Shown here in pieces: positions 43,305 through 57,456 of a DNA stretch of 64,000 nt (position 1 is the stretch's first letter; each line of letters opens with the position of its first letter). The notes under the pieces are model-generated. The model saw only the letters and a list, made by a program, of their open reading frames with translations. It did no database searches and was not told where the DNA came from. Position numbers and translations under genes: made by a program. The stretch spans positions 8,597,356 through 8,661,355 of the forward strand of contig CM074804.1 of assembly GCA_037447605.1 (NCBI GenBank), written 5' to 3'. The stretch comes from Zygnema circumcarinatum SAG 698-1b (lineage: Eukaryota; Plantae; Zygnematophyceae).

Positions 43305-45153
43305 TCACCATCCGTACTTGGCCTGAGTCTCTGCTTTTGTCAGCTGGCCCTTCGATCGGCGCTCCGTCAGATCCATCTCCTTCAGCTTCATATCATAATA
43401 CAGCGAGCTGATCTGGTGCTTGCGTCGATGAACTTTGCTCGGTTTGTCTTTGCCGGCAGATACTGGCTGCAACAAAAGCAAACGGTGGAAGCGAGAAATA
43501 CAGAGAAAACTGATTCAATTTCTATCATTGTGAAATTCGACAATATATTTCAGGGAATATGTAGAATCAAAAGGTGAACAACGATCTGCAAGCATCACAA
43601 TACCATTCCATTTCCTGCCACCAGGAATAACCAAGCTATTGGACCAGAGATTGCTTACACAACCAAATGAGATAATCCGTGGGATAAAGACCATACATGC
43701 ACTTGAGGACAAAGCCTCCTATAGGCATGAATGCTCTGGGAGTAAAAAAATCAAGCAGCATCCAGGGAGCAAAGTCACATTTCACCAATATTGCATGGGC
43801 CTTGAAAGAGGGCCCGGCCTTAAGTTATAGAAGGACGATTAATTTAGGTGGGCAGTTACGCACTTGATAGGAAGGTCCAAATGCAATTCCAGTTGACCGC
43901 AGCTGGTCGTCCCTGACTCGTCCTTTGGTCAAATCTTGCTGTTTCACCTCCTTGAACTGCAAACCATCGATTAGTATTGATTTATCTCTCCTCTTCACCG
44001 AAGCCATTGCTTCAATGAGAGGGTCATGCGGGGCATCCGTATTGAAGGAGCTACCTGTAGCACCTGCTGCCTCGCTTCCATGATTCCCAGAGGAGCAGGC
44101 ATAAGAATGATGCTGAGCCTCTGATGAAAAATTAACGCCCGGAAGAGCTGCCGCACTCCAATTTTGAACCGTACCCCCTGTACTACTGCTGTAAGCCCCA
44201 TCACTTCCTCCATAAAAAAAACTGTTTGAATCCCAACCTTGCGCTACAGAATCACCATGCAATCCTTGATAAGTGCTTTGGTGAGCTTGCGATTGCACAG
44301 CCATCCTTCCTCCTTCTGCATAAACATATCCACCAGCCTCAATTGTTGGATTGTTCCAGTAGCTTCCTTGTGGATTCCCCCCTCCGCTTGCAGCCCCAGT
44401 GTCGGTCCACGTAGGTACTTCTGTGGCAAATGATTTAGGAGGTTCGCTACTAGTTGACACTCCGTTCCCCATACTCCTGTCTTCTGATGAGTTAGTGTCC
44501 ATCATCGTTCTTCGCCCGCCTCCCGAAGTGCCTGAGCCCAAGGTGTGTTTCGGAGGAGGCAAAAATGCTGCCAGCCCTGATTTGCCCTCCTTCTCGCTAG
44601 CACCAGTGTCATGTCTTTTTGAATTTCTCACTTTATTCTCTTCTTCTTCTTCTTCTTCCAGCTCCCTTTTAGACTGCAACACTGGCTTAACAACTACATG
44701 ATTTTCTTCCCTATTTCCTCGAAGCACGGACCGTTCCCGAAATTCTTCTTGATCTCGGACCTTTTTTGTGGCAGCGGCACCCGGCTTTGACGCTCCTTTT
44801 GGTGCTGGCAATGTAGAAAACAGTGAGGACGCACCTTGGCTAATGGTTGAAGAGGGAGGTTTCTTAGTTCCTCGTACACTTGTGACAGGCTCCACTGAGA
44901 AGCTACGCTCAATTCTTCCCTCTAACTCAAGCTTCCCGGATGCACCCTGGCTCCTCGGGACCGGAAGCTTCTCAGTTTTCAGAGCAGCTCCAATCGAAGC
45001 CGAAGCCGCACCATTCCCCGGCAGCTTCGCTCCGGGATGCAGGGAGGACACAGCAGCAGAAGCGCCTTCCTCCTCCCTCTCGCCCACAGGTGCCCCATCG
45101 TCGCTGCTGCTGCTCCCATCGTCGGGGCCATAAGTTGCAAGCAGCGCATCCAT
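43305..45153 (-). CDS. PRCC: Proline-rich mitotic checkpoint control factor PRCC homologue, two exons
   Basis: The N-terminus reads MDALLATYG, and the C-terminal PRCC domain reads KPSKVHRRKHQISSLYYDMKLKEMDLTERRSKGQLTKAETQAKYGW*. Confidence 0.92.
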
Positions 45154-45408
45154 GGCTATGGAGGCGAAGCCTGACACTTCACGCAACCGAGGAACCGCCA
45201 AAATGAAGAAAGTGAGAACGGGAAAGCAGCGGAGGAAAGCGCTCGCCCGCCCTCTGCACCGCGGCGGGCGGCCCCTCGCTCCCTCCCTCGCTCCCTCCCT
45301 CGCTCCCTCCCTCCTCTCCGTCGACCGACGGCGAGGACGAGGACGAGGGAGGGAGGCGCGGACAGTCGCAAAGCCAAGCCAAGTCGCCTTGCGCAGAGTA
45401 TTAGAGAG

Positions 45409-45416
45409 TAGGGTTT
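45409..45416. promoter_or_regulatory. Telo-box (AAACCCTA, read as TAGGGTTT) in the PRCC/MAG2 divergent promoter
   Basis: Exact octamer 59 bp upstream of the MAG2 ATG. Function is inferred only. Confidence 0.35.
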
Positions 45417-45474
45417 CTTCTCTTTTGGACGGTGGAGGACGTCTTCCGCTTTTGTCTGGATCACGGCTCTATCC

Positions 45475-48400
45475 ATGGCGTCTTCCCCCCTTCTCCAGTC
45501 TCTGACTGACGTCTCCCCCGCCATGGTCGACTTTCTTGATAGACATTTTGCTTCTGCTGAAGACCTGTCATCTTCTTCTTCCATATTGGGACACTTAGAA
45601 GCTGAGCGGCAAGGGATGCTCGAGCAACAGGCGGTGCTTCGCTCGTCTTTAGCAGGCTTGGCATCCATGGCTGCCAGCCGAGTAAATGCAGAGGCGGAGT
45701 CTCTTCAGCGGCTGGCGCAGCACGTGCATGCGGCTCAGTGCCGGGCGGACGCCGCAGGGGCAGAGATGACGGCTACGGTGGAGGAGCTCGCAGAGCTGGC
45801 GGAGGAGGTGACCCGAATTGAGAGGACGAGGGCTTACATGGAGGCGCTCCTAGTGCTTGAAAGTCAGGTAGCAGATTTGGAGGATGCTGTCGCTGCAGCT
45901 ACAAAGGTAGCACTTGCTCCTTTCACCATTCACTCAATGCTGTTTGCGAGCGAGTCCTATACGGATGACTTATGTAGAGGAAGGCATTTCGTCGATGTTA
46001 CTTTGAGTGGAAAGTGCTTTTTTGCTGATGGAATGGAAGAAGGGGTTACAGTGTGAAGGAGTTCTTCATTTCGTTTCTATGCAACCTCACCAGTGGTTGA
46101 ATGATGTGGAAGATGTTTCCATTCATCTTTACATCACTCAGTTCGCATTCAGGCACAAATGGCTGCCAGGGTAAACGTAAAAGAAACAGAAATGTAAACG
46201 TTCTCACAGTGTTCTGAGGAAGGCAGCATCACATGCCATCACATGTAGGGGGCTTGCGGCTCCTATTATGGTAGTCTTTTTAAATGATTATGGATGCACT
46301 AAGAACTCATGGACTTCCATTTCTGCTCTCACAGTGCCAGCTGGATCACGTATTTTCCTATGATGCATTGCCTCTCTTGCTTCAGTTGTAAATTCACTTG
46401 CATTTGGAGTGCTTCCTTTGGTCCATGGAATTTCCCAAGTGTGGGATTCTTTCTGCTATTTCTAACAGGCTCTTTGCTCCGCTGTTCAGAGAGAAGGGAT
46501 TTCACCGGGAGCCCTCATCGCAGCTGCCACTGCCTTTCAAACCGTCGCAAACACCTTGGCTGCTATGGCTGACACTCGATCGCACTGGAAACATATGAGG
46601 GAAGCAGCTGACATTCGCCTTGACCGTGCTGCTGCTGTTCTGCATCCTCTTGCACTGGGTGCTTATAGAACTTGTCTAAGAGATATAGGATGGCCACTTC
46701 CACTCTCAAGTGCAAGTGGACCTTCCCAGAGCTCGCCATATAGCAAACATGAAGAGCAAAGTAAAAATGATCCTATTCTCAGGCTTCATGGGGAAACGAA
46801 AGGTCGCTTCGAGAATCTTTTTGCCTCCTTATCAATCGTGCAAGTGGTAGAAAAACTGCGGCGAAATCGACAGGAACTCGTCCACCGACGCGTAAGGGCT
46901 CCAGAACAAGCGAACTGGCAGAGGCAAAGTCAAAGTAGATGGAATAGCGAAAGGTTGTCAGAGTCGGAGGTGCTCTGGTCTATGGAAGAGCTTGTTGCCC
47001 CTATCGCTCGGCGTGCAGAGCCGCATTTGGTCAGGTGGCTGGAAAGACCTGAATTGGTCTTTGCTCTTGTATTTCGCGTGGCTCGCAGTCATGTGGAGAT
47101 AATGGATGTTGCATTGCAGCCAGTTCTGGACAGTGCCAGCCTTGTGGGTATCAGCGCACGTGAAGAATGGGTCAAGGCCGTGGTTGCCATTGCGACTGCA
47201 CACCTAAAGGACAGGCTTCTGCCGTGGCTTGCTCAGCAGACGAAGGGAGAGCAATCTCAAGATCTGAATTCTTCTCTTTTGTTGGACGCCGTTGACCAAG
47301 CACTAGATTTCGACGTGCAAATGCGGAGCCTGGCTATGGGGACTCCTGTGGCTTCGAGTCGAGCGCTTGAGGGGCCGTTGCCAGACACTGTTGGTGTAAA
47401 TATAGGTTCCGCGTTAGATGTTTTTGCTCTTCAATCAGTTTGGCTGGAGTTGTGGACTCGCTTAGAGCTAGAAGATGCTCAGCAGAAGCTTCGGGAGGAG
47501 TTGCAACGAGAAAGTGCATGGACACAAGTCGATTCGACGGCTGCAACTCTAGAATTTTTGGAAGGAGGGCGAGAAATGAGTGCTGCTATTGACTCTGGTG
47601 GTGCCATGGAAACTGAGCTACGACCGATGCCAGGAGCGGAAGCGTTATTTAGAATAATGTGGGCAGCAGTATATAGATGTCGGGCACTGCGGATTAGTAA
47701 ACATCGACTGGCGTTCGTTAGAGCAGTTGTCGCTCCTTTAGCTACGCAGTACAGAGAGGCTCTTCTCAATCGTGTTCAAGAAGTGGAAGCTTCGACAGCC
47801 TTAGCAGATACGACTGCCATGATGAAGGTAGCAGCGTGCGCCAGCTCTGCACATTACTGTCAATTTACATTGCAGCAATGGAGTGATGAGGCCTTCTTTA
47901 TAGAATTGAAGAGGGTTGCAGAAGAAACCGACTCTACAGCCAATGGCTGGGAGGAGCTGCAAGTTGATCCTGACGAGGGTATTGGAGGGGATTTTAGTGA
48001 TGCAAACACGCAGAGAACACCTTTCTCTAGCAAAGGAAGCGGTGTTGACTCGTCTGGGAGTAGCTTGACCGGTGCTGGAATAGAAGGGTCGGTCTTTGAT
48101 GCGGAAATTGATGGGTTTGTGAGGTCCCAGACAGAGTGGACAGGAAGGATTCTCACAGCTCTTTTGCGTGGTTTTGATTCGAGGTGCACCGAGTATGTCA
48201 GGAATAGGAAAAAGTGGCAGGAGGGTACAGTTCAAGACGATAGTAGTCGATCGAGTTCCAGTGACGCGGTGCGCAGCCCCGCGAAGGATGTCAGGAGGAA
48301 GGAAAGCGAAGGATGGGCGCGTCAGCTACTAGGTGGACTTCAGCTCAGGCCGATTTTTTTTTATGAAGTTGAAGGGCAAGATGTCTCTGGGAGCTTCATA

Positions 48401-48859
48401 GAGCCCTTGTCTGTACTGCGGTCGCAATTGGATGTCCTTCAGAGGGCCCTAGACTCGGATCTCTTTGCTGGACTCTGGCGGAGGTTGGCAGCAGCCCTTG
48501 ATGAGAACCTCATGGAAAGTGTGGTCTTAGGGGGAGCAAAGTTTTCAGACGCGGGAGCGAGGCAGTTTGCTGTGGACATGTCGGCAGTGTTCTCCTTGTT
48601 CCGCGGCTACACCGCCCGGCCCATCAACTTTTTCCGAAGCCTGCGCGACTCGCTGGCGGTGCTGCTCATGGCACCCTCCGAGGCATCGGCGCTGCTGCTC
48701 ATGCTCTCCATGGCCGGGACGGAGGCGGGCACTGGAGAGGGAGGGTCAGAGGCAGACAGCAAGCTGCTTCCTTTGTTGCAAAAGCGGAACATTCGCCGCA
48801 TGGCGCCTGGAAGAGTGTTGGAAGTTTTGAACCAGCGTGTCGGAATAAAGCGGCCGTGA
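45475..48859 (+). CDS. MAG2: RINT1/TIP20 family tethering factor (MAG2-like), two exons (45475-45906, ~46469-48859)
   Basis: Motifs include ADIRLDRAAAVLHPLALGAYRTCLRDIGWPLPL, HLVRWLERPELVFALV, SAREEWVKAVV and AGLWRRLAAALD...KFSDAGARQFAVDMSAVFSLF, as in plant MAG2/RINT1. Confidence 0.88.
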
Positions 48860-49461
48860 TTGACTCGGCTTGGTTGGACTGTTGCAGCAAGCTTGCCCTG
48901 TGGCCACGCTCTGCTTTGCTGTTTGCTGGAGAGTGGGCCGTCGTCTTACTGTGATATAAAACGGATGTGTGGTCCGTTCCGTTGACCCGTAGCAAACACG
49001 AACGCGGCACTGAGAACATCAGTAGGAAAACGATCTTGGGGCAATCAGCTTCCTTCACCGTGACACTTTGCCCATGCAGAGGGCCGCGCATGCCTGCTCA
49101 TTTGCCTGGTCTTCAAAGCCTACCCAGTTTCCATAGATGCACATGGCAGGGGAGGTGCGCACCACACAGGCGCTAAGGCCTGCCGACCATAGCGCGCATG
49201 ATGCCGACATCCGCATGAGCCAAGGGCGCGTGCCATGCATGCCCCAGTGGGCGCATTAGCAGGCGACAACCATCATCAGACGGCTATCATCGATCCCAAG
49301 GAATAGTTTTAAGCACATCACACGAACAACTCGATCCAAAAGGTGCTCACTTACGGTTCGATTATTATGACACACATGTTGAGCATCTAGCATAGTCCAA
49401 ATAAGCAAAGGTCTGCCAATGAATAAAAAAGAATGAGCCCTCATGGCCGCTCACTGGAACA

Positions 49462-52400
49462 TTACCGGCTACTCTCCTCCAACACGAGCGGCAGCTCCAA
49501 TTCTTGATCCCCCCGCAACACCTTGATGCTGACGCTTTCACCCACGTTGAGAGTGTCTAGTATCTTACTCAAGTCTTGCGATGTTTGTACCTGCAGAGAA
49601 AAGGCTCAAAGTCGCTCAGAATTCAAAAGGACTGAATCTCGGATGTAAGTCGAAACAATGGAAACCTGGCTGAAAATACGCCAGACAAATCAATTCAGTG
49701 CTGCATTTTTTGTCTGCTTATGTTGGCGACAGAAGCCAACATCAGAGCACATTCCCGAGGCTCCCCCCCTTCACGCACCGGCCGGTTGCCGACGGCGATG
49801 ATGACATCACCGAGGGCAATGTTGCCTGCAAAGCCACGCCTTGTTGCCATGATTCCCGCTTTTGCTGCAGCACTGCCAGGTGGCACCTGTACGAAACTCA
49901 CAAAAACTGTCAGCAAACACCTGTTTTCCAACGCTGAACATAGAAACGCATAAGTAAGCACATGGCCTTAATTCACATCCCTGACGATCTTATCCTGTTC
50001 ACTGTGGGACATAGCCACACAACCAGGGATTCTTCAGAAAAGAACCTTGTTGGAAGACACAATCGTCATCTGATCAGGCAAGGAAGCTACGAATTCTGTT
50101 GATACAGTAGGAAGCAGAAGCAAACCCAAGTTCACAGGAGAGGAGCTTACAGAAAGGACAAGCGCTCCCTCTTTGACATTAAGCTGCTTGGCAATGTTGT
50201 CTGCTGCCAGCTGCACATTCAAACCGGGCCGAATCACCTGCATGCGAACCGACGCCTCAATCTCATCATTTCCCACCACGCCCAAAAGCGGCCTTCCATC
50301 GATGCTAATATCAACCAATGGTCACTCGGTGGCAGTATCATACGATTCAGGCTTTAATTATTCCTGCTAACATTGCAAATTTCATATTTCAACAGCCGAA
50401 TAATATTATGTGTTCGGGCAATTCAACTCAAGTCAAGTTGAAACAACTTTAAGTCTTTCAGTGGCATGGGAAATAGCTTCAGAGTGCCGGCCTCTGTGTA
50501 TGACATGACAGCAAGACAGGCATAATGGCATTGGCATAGGAAAGTTCCGTCAATGGAGTGTGAACGTTCACTGCCCACCTTGCCATGGGCGATGAGCTGC
50601 GGGACCACACGTGCGACCGTGTCCACGGGGATGGCAAAGCCCACGCCGGCCGACGTGCCTGCCCTCGCGCCAAAACCGGAACTTTTCAAAGCATGAGCCC
50701 ACCTGCTGAAATCGCAGAAGAATATGGATTGGAAGAAGCACGTACATAAGTTGGGAGAGTCTGGACCCCCCAACCTGTGCGCGTGAAGATGGCCGTGTTG
50801 ATGCCGATGAGCCTCCCGCGGGAGTCAAGCAGCGGGCCCCCACTGCCAACCATGGAAAGGGCAAGAGTTGGAAACTGCATCCTTATATGCCACTTTGAGA
50901 GGACAATGACGAGCGTAGCGTTGTAATGCTGCATTTTCATGGTCCAACTTCAACTTTGCTGACGTGGTTCAGCTTTGCTGATGTCAACTCGCATATGCGG
51001 ACGGTTGAAGTTCAGTAGTTGAAACTAGTTGAAAAACGTCGTTTCGAAAATTGAAAAACTCTCAGAGTCAGTTTCCAACTCCGGAGCTTCAACCAGCTGA
51101 AAAAAGTTGAACCATGAAAACGCACCCTATGCTGGAGTAGCAAGTTACTCTTTATGTTGACAAGTCCGAAACAACAAGCCTTGGCCATGCTCATATCAAA
51201 TGGTGTGCTTTTTCACTTAAACAAAAAGCACAACACACACACACACCTGCTCTCTTGTCATTGGATTAGAGATCTACTGAGACCCACCTACAACCTTGCA
51301 GTCCAGGGTTTTTAGGGATTTACAGTGAAAGGCATCACGCGCAAGAAGCTGCCCTGATTGAATGGAGGCCACATATATTAACTGATAGCCCTTGCTTGAT
51401 TCAATTGTTGTCCGTACAGTACAGCGGCATCAAGCTATTGCCATTTCTGACATACATGGCTCACGCATGATTTCAAACATCTTTGACAAAGAGAGCATAG
51501 GGAGGGCCCCCCACAAGCGCTCGGGAGAGCGAACGAGTATGACCTGTTTCCCGGGTTGATGGCGGAGTCCGTCTGCACGCCCCCCCCTATGACGACCCCG
51601 GTCTGACTCTGAATGTCGCGGTTGAGGCCGCTGACGACCCCGGTCGTGAGGGTGTGGTCGAACCCGAAGGGGTTCCCGATCGCGAGCACTTTCTGGCCCA
51701 CGCGCAGGCCCGCGCTCGCCCCCAACGGCACCGCCCGCAGCAAATAGCGCGGGGCCTCCACCTGCCGCCCCGCCCACCCCCCCCGTCAGCACTGCACTGC
51801 ACTGCACTGTATTGCTGCAGCCACCGCTTGCTTGCCTTTATGCTTCCTGGTGATGAAGGGGTCAGATGCTAGTGATGCAGATGGGTAGGGCTAAGAACTT
51901 TACTTTCAAAACTGCTAAATCGTTAAATTTATCCGTTCCAACCAGCGTTCCTTCAAAATTTCGCTGGTATCTGTATATCATTTACGCAGCAGGTTAGCTC
52001 CATGTAAAAGCGCATAAAGAGACGCGGCCAACAGTTGCACAGCCTCATGAAGGCCATGTGGAGGAATGCACCCGTCGGTCCCGAGCAGCGCGACCCGCGC
52101 GACCACTCTCCCGGGCTTCGCGCTCTGCTGCAGCGCGCTGCCGATCACTGCACCCGCCGCATCGCAATCGATTGCAGGAGGGTGCACGTTTGTAAAGAAA
52201 GAGAAGTGCACAGCGTGGCGACCAGAGCGAGCGACGTTCAAGGGGGCTTAGATGTCCGCACATTGTTGGTACACGTTTACACTATTCCACAACCAGTAAA
52301 TGGCTTATCAACACAAAACCAAATTAGAGTAGCATTTTCATTGAACCAGCAAAAAAAAAGTGGCAATGGTCCAGCGGCAATGGTGTCGCCAAACAGTGTG

Positions 52401-54396
52401 GATTGATGGTACAATACAAATGTACGAGTTTGCTCTGTGAGCAATACAACCACATCAAGTAGACTTCAGTAACTCCAAAACGCCCCCTCAATAAAAAGAC
52501 ACAAGATCATCGTCACATACCATGATAGTTTGTAACAATGTGACCCTCACTATCCCATACGAGCCCGGAACCATTTCCTTCTGGTACCTGCCATCAAAAT
52601 TAGACCCACAAAGTTCCCTTCTAATGTGGTTCACAACTTATTGGCATTCACAAAAACAGCAATGGCATGTATCTTACCAAGACCGCGTTTGGCATGAACT
52701 CGGAATCAAGAATTCAAATGATGTCATAAAAGCACGGCACCTGTGCCCATGAAGGCCATTAGCCTTCACATGGATGGCCCTGGCGAAGCCCACCTCCACA
52801 GAGCCTGTCAGATTGACTTGCGGCCGCAGAGTAATGTCGAAAATGTTTACAACGGAGTAGGTGCTCTTCTCAAAAAGGTCCACCGTCGCCTTCTGAGCTC
52901 CGTCAACACCAAAACGGCCATATGAACGCCCAAAATGCTTAAATACCACGCATACAGATAAACGATACTACACGGACACGGACTACTCTGAAGCTACCCG
53001 TTCCAGATAAGCACTCCACGCATAATGAGCAGCTTCTTCACACGATTTCGCACAAACACGATAACCTTCGGAGCAGTTTGGTAGTCCATGGCTGTTAATT
53101 TAATTTAAATGAAATTTAAGCTAGTGATAGAAATATATCGTAGTACTATCACATAACTTTCTGTTAAATTATTTACAAGAAACTCAAAGACTTGCAACAG
53201 AAATAGGTCTTGCTGTCGCATGCCGTTGCATATGATGGAAGAGAGGGGCAAGAGGCAAAATTCGAGAGGGAGAGGGCGAGGGAGGACAAGAAAGGGAATC
53301 AAAACGGAAGAGAGACAGAGGGAGAATGGAGAGAGAATATAAAATTAAGAAAACAGAGGAAAAGCGAGCGGGGGGAGTCGATAAATGTCACCTCAGAAGG
53401 AAAGAGGGGCTGTGCTGGCGCTATTGGTGGAGTGACTTCTTCAATCGTTAAAGTTGGATCGCCTAACCCCCTTGCTAGGCGAACAGCCTCACCCAACACC
53501 ACTGAACTCAGACGACATAGCCATAGCCAAGAGAAATCTGAAGCGTCTTGGTCGGAAACCTGCTTTTAGGACCACGTCGTAGTTTGCGATATTAAATACC
53601 CTTCTTACTGATAATAGGGCATTTGCTCTATTCACAAATGTCAGATTCCCAATTTTTCAATTTTCTAAATCTCATCTTGACCATTCCTCTTCTGCAATAT
53701 CCTCATTTGAATTGCAGTTTGCACTTTGCATTTACATCAGGCAGAGCAGAGGCAGAGACTGCAAGAGTTTCCATCCACCTTCATTTACCTGTCATGCAAC
53801 TAGCGGGGCTTGTCCGTTTGAATTCACGCCATTTTAAAGTTAGAGGCTTTTATAGCTATTAACACGTCAGTTCCGGCTTGAAGCTATGACCAGCCTAATT
53901 TTCCGGGGAGTAGAAAGGGTGGGAGGTAGAGAACAGAAGGATGAGGGGCTAACCAGCAGGGGTGCCGATGGCTGCAGCAGAGGGGAGAGTTGACAGCGCA
54001 GCCAGCAGCGACCGGCGAGAAATTGAAGCGGATGGCAGTTGACGTGCAGATGGTTGGGAATGGCTGCAATGATGGAACCATACGCACCTTCCTTGCTCAG
54101 TGCGCGGTAGCAGCAAGCTCGCGGGAAGCACCGGAGAGTACGGCAAGAAGAAGAAGAAGAAGTAGAAGGCGCATTCCAAGGAGCCAGGGAGCCGCAGGGA
54201 GGGAGCAGCCCGCTACAGGGCGCGGAGCAGCCAGCTCAGCTCAGCTCATCAGGCGCCACCCGCGGTACCTGCAGCAGGACGGGCTACGGCGACCGCCATG
54301 GCCGGCGTAGCTCCACACGTGGCCGGACGAGAAGCACGGCCCAGGCAGCCACGTGTCGCGCAGGGAGGGCAGCGCGGCGGCGAGAGGAGGTGCCAT
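49462..54396 (-). CDS. DEG8: Thylakoid-lumen Deg/HtrA serine protease with PDZ domain, DEG8 orthologue; start uncertain
   Basis: Exons encode [99 protein letters not shown] and [18 protein letters not shown] twin-Arg-like RRSLLAAL signal lies near 54000. Confidence 0.93.
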
Positions 54397-54608
54397 GTGG
54401 CGGAGCGGAGCGGGGTGCGCGTCTCCTCCCTCCCTCTTCAAGGGGCGGGCGGGCAGGGGGGGGGAGGAGGGTACTGGGACCCGTGACGCGGCCTCGTTGC
54501 TGCGCGGTGAGCGTCGCCTGCCTCCGTCCTTCCTCTCCCTTCCTTTCCTCCCTCTCCCCCTCCCTCCCTCCCTCCTATGCAACACTGTAAGAGCGCGAGA
54601 GACGGAGC

Positions 54609-57456
54609 ATGGCGCCGCTTGCAGGCGGCCACCCCCCGCGGGGAAAACCTCGCCACCACCAAGGTATGCACCTCATCGTCTTCTCTGCTCGACCTTGTCA
54701 TCTTTGGTATTGCGTTCATACTTATGAAAGCAACTACTTTTGGGTGAACCCAAGACTGGACGTGAAGTGAAGGCTTGTCTGTGTCGCTAGTTTCCTTTTT
54801 GCAGTTGTTGAGATGTTAAGGATGGGAAACTGAATGAGGAAAGAGTCGGATAGCTTATTTTTGTTGACTGGAAGGATTGCACATCACTTGATGGCAGGTT
54901 TGTTGGCGAAAGTATAAATTTTGCACGTTTTTACCAATCCCTGTCTGCCGATGTTGAAGCATGCCTTGTTGTTATGTCTCCGGAAACACCAAGTGAGCGG
55001 CACAGTGCTCAGTAGTGGTGACCTGAAATGCCTTTGTAGCCAAAGCTCCCCCTTCGTTGGCTGTTGCAGCGGCACGCGGATTATGTGAAGAAGCAGCGCC
55101 GTGCTGAGGCGAAGCGGGCGTTGCGTCAATGGCGTTCCGTGGAGCTCGATGCAGACGAGCACTTCAATGTACGCGGCAGGGCGTTGTACTTTCTTCGCAT
55201 GCCATCCAATCCTGTGGCAGGTTATTCCTAGCAAAGCTCACGACCGATCACGAGAATCCATTGACTTTGTTGGATGCGCAGCTGCTCACTCTTCGCTATA
55301 TTGTATGGTTCATGAGACTTTTTTGCAGCCCATAAAGGCTGCTAGAGGATGGGAGTTTTCCAGGTAGTACGCCACAATAGCACTGTGGGGAGCCTTCCAG
55401 GAAATGGCAGAGGAATCCCTCGCCATCAGCCTGTTAGCGAACGAGCGTGTTCTGAAAGGTGGGGCATAGCACTCTCACTTGCGCAAGTGCATTGCAGTGC
55501 CCTCTTTGGCAGCCATTAGTTTCTCAGTAAAAAATGCTTCATGGCTTGACTGTAACGGGAATGATGCAGCACAATGGAAGAGCCAAATCGCATATATTCT
55601 AGATTTGAACACTTGGCAATAAATTCCCCCGTCGCCCAAGGGTCTAGTGCAGGCACCAGTTCGCTGGGCTAGCGTTTACCGGTCTTGTCTCACCCGATTT
55701 TTATGTTTGGGAAATGGGACAGGCTGGAGAAGGAGCTTCGTCGATTCATTATGCACTGGAAAGGTGGGCACTGATATCCCTGTTTGTGAAATTGTTGAAG
55801 CCTCCTTCCTCAGCTGGAGGGGCTATTTCTCATGATTGATGGGGTTCCTTTGTGCCTGCGTACATGCTCAAGAGCATCATGTGTGAGTTCCTTTCCTGCT
55901 CTACGCCTGACACTGCCGAACAACCTTGACTCTGGATCCAATATAGGGCTATATGGGGCGCACCATAACCCTCATTCAGCCAACTGCCACCAAGAGGCAC
56001 ACCATTCGGCATCAGAGAACAGAGGATTCGAGCAGCAGAACGAGACCAGTGCAAGTGGCAGGCACTTTCAGGGGCATACCGAAGCTGACAGCAGACGTGG
56101 AGGTCCCTTCTCCAACCACTTTGATTCTAATAGCAGAGGAGAGTGGAAAAGTTATGAAAGAAATGGCAACAGTTTTGGCGGCCGTAGTAGCAGTGAGAGT
56201 GCCTGGAGGGACCGGGAAGATGGTAGCAAAGAGCATTGCAGCAGGGCCTTTCACGAGCAGAATAGGGAGCCACGAGGATGGCATGCGTCCACTGGTGGAG
56301 ACCAACAAGCGCGCGGTTCAAGTGGTGACAGATTCAGGAGAGCAGACGAGAAGAAACGGGGCAGTAGCCCTGACGGGCGGGAAAGTTTCTCAATGTCGGG
56401 AGCGTCGCATAGGAAGCTGCTGGGCCTGCCAATCGCCGGAACTCTCACCTCTGCTTGTGTGAAGCACGCGTAAGAGTTGGTGGAGCTTCGGGTGGCTGCT
56501 GGCTGGAGGGGGAAGGGGAGAGGGGGGGAGGGGGAGAGCAACTCCACTGACAAGTTCTTATTTAAAGAGTCCTTCGTGCAACTTTGTGATTGGCACCTTG
56601 CTCCGTATTACCACCCCAAGTGTTTTAAATCCTCAACTACAATGGCTAATGCCGATTTCTTGAGTTCCTGACAAATTTTGTGAATGGACAATTTAGACCA
56701 ATCTGGCTTGTTGCACTTATCTTACAGTTTACCCTTTAGAAAATCTCGTACGTGGTTATCAGCATCTTGATGCACTCCAACAGTATGTTAGTGATATATT
56801 GAACTTTCAGTATGCTTCAAACTTTGCTAATAGCAGGGTTAGCCTTGAGTGTACATCAAAGTTTTCTTGCGTAGAAGATTCAACGACTCTACAGGATATT
56901 GATTTGATTTGATTTCGGTTGGTCCAGATTTCGAACGTGCGCGCTGCTGTGGCATCCTGATCGCCATATTGGACCTGGCAAGGTATAACAGTCGAGTCCA
57001 TTGCATAAACTAACTATCCCCTCCATGTCAGTCATGTTGTTGTTGTTGTGGAAGGCGCTTGTGCTATAGATGGACTTGCAGTACCACATTGCACATATGC
57101 TGACGTCTGTACGCATTGCCATTAACATAGACCAGACATGACTAAAACACATGGCTCTCATCAGTTCTCGATCTATGCCCGGCAAGAACAAGTTGAACTT
57201 CCTTTTTAAGGAAAAGCACGTGCTGGTGTTGATGGGGATAGGACCCCCTCATTTTGGACATTGTGTTGTGTTGCGAAAATAGGCACGGCAAGCCCGATAG
57301 TGAAGCACGTAGGCCTTTGCCTGCGGAGAACTGTATTGCTTTCGTTCACTCAGTGCCCGGCTGTATTCTTCCTATCCGTTGCAGGTGATTGCGGAGGCGA
57401 AGTTCAAAGCGGCTTCAGTAGCCTATGAAGCGTTGTTGCGCTCCTGTAGTACTTAG
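54609..57456 (+). CDS. Protein with C-terminal DnaJ (J) domain; last intact gene before the subtelomere
   Basis: The spliced C-terminus reads SHRKLLGLPIAGTLTSACVKHAFRTCALLWHPDRHIGPGKVIAEAKFKAASVAYEALL, including the HPD motif. The middle is low-complexity and upstream exons are inferred. Confidence 0.82.
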
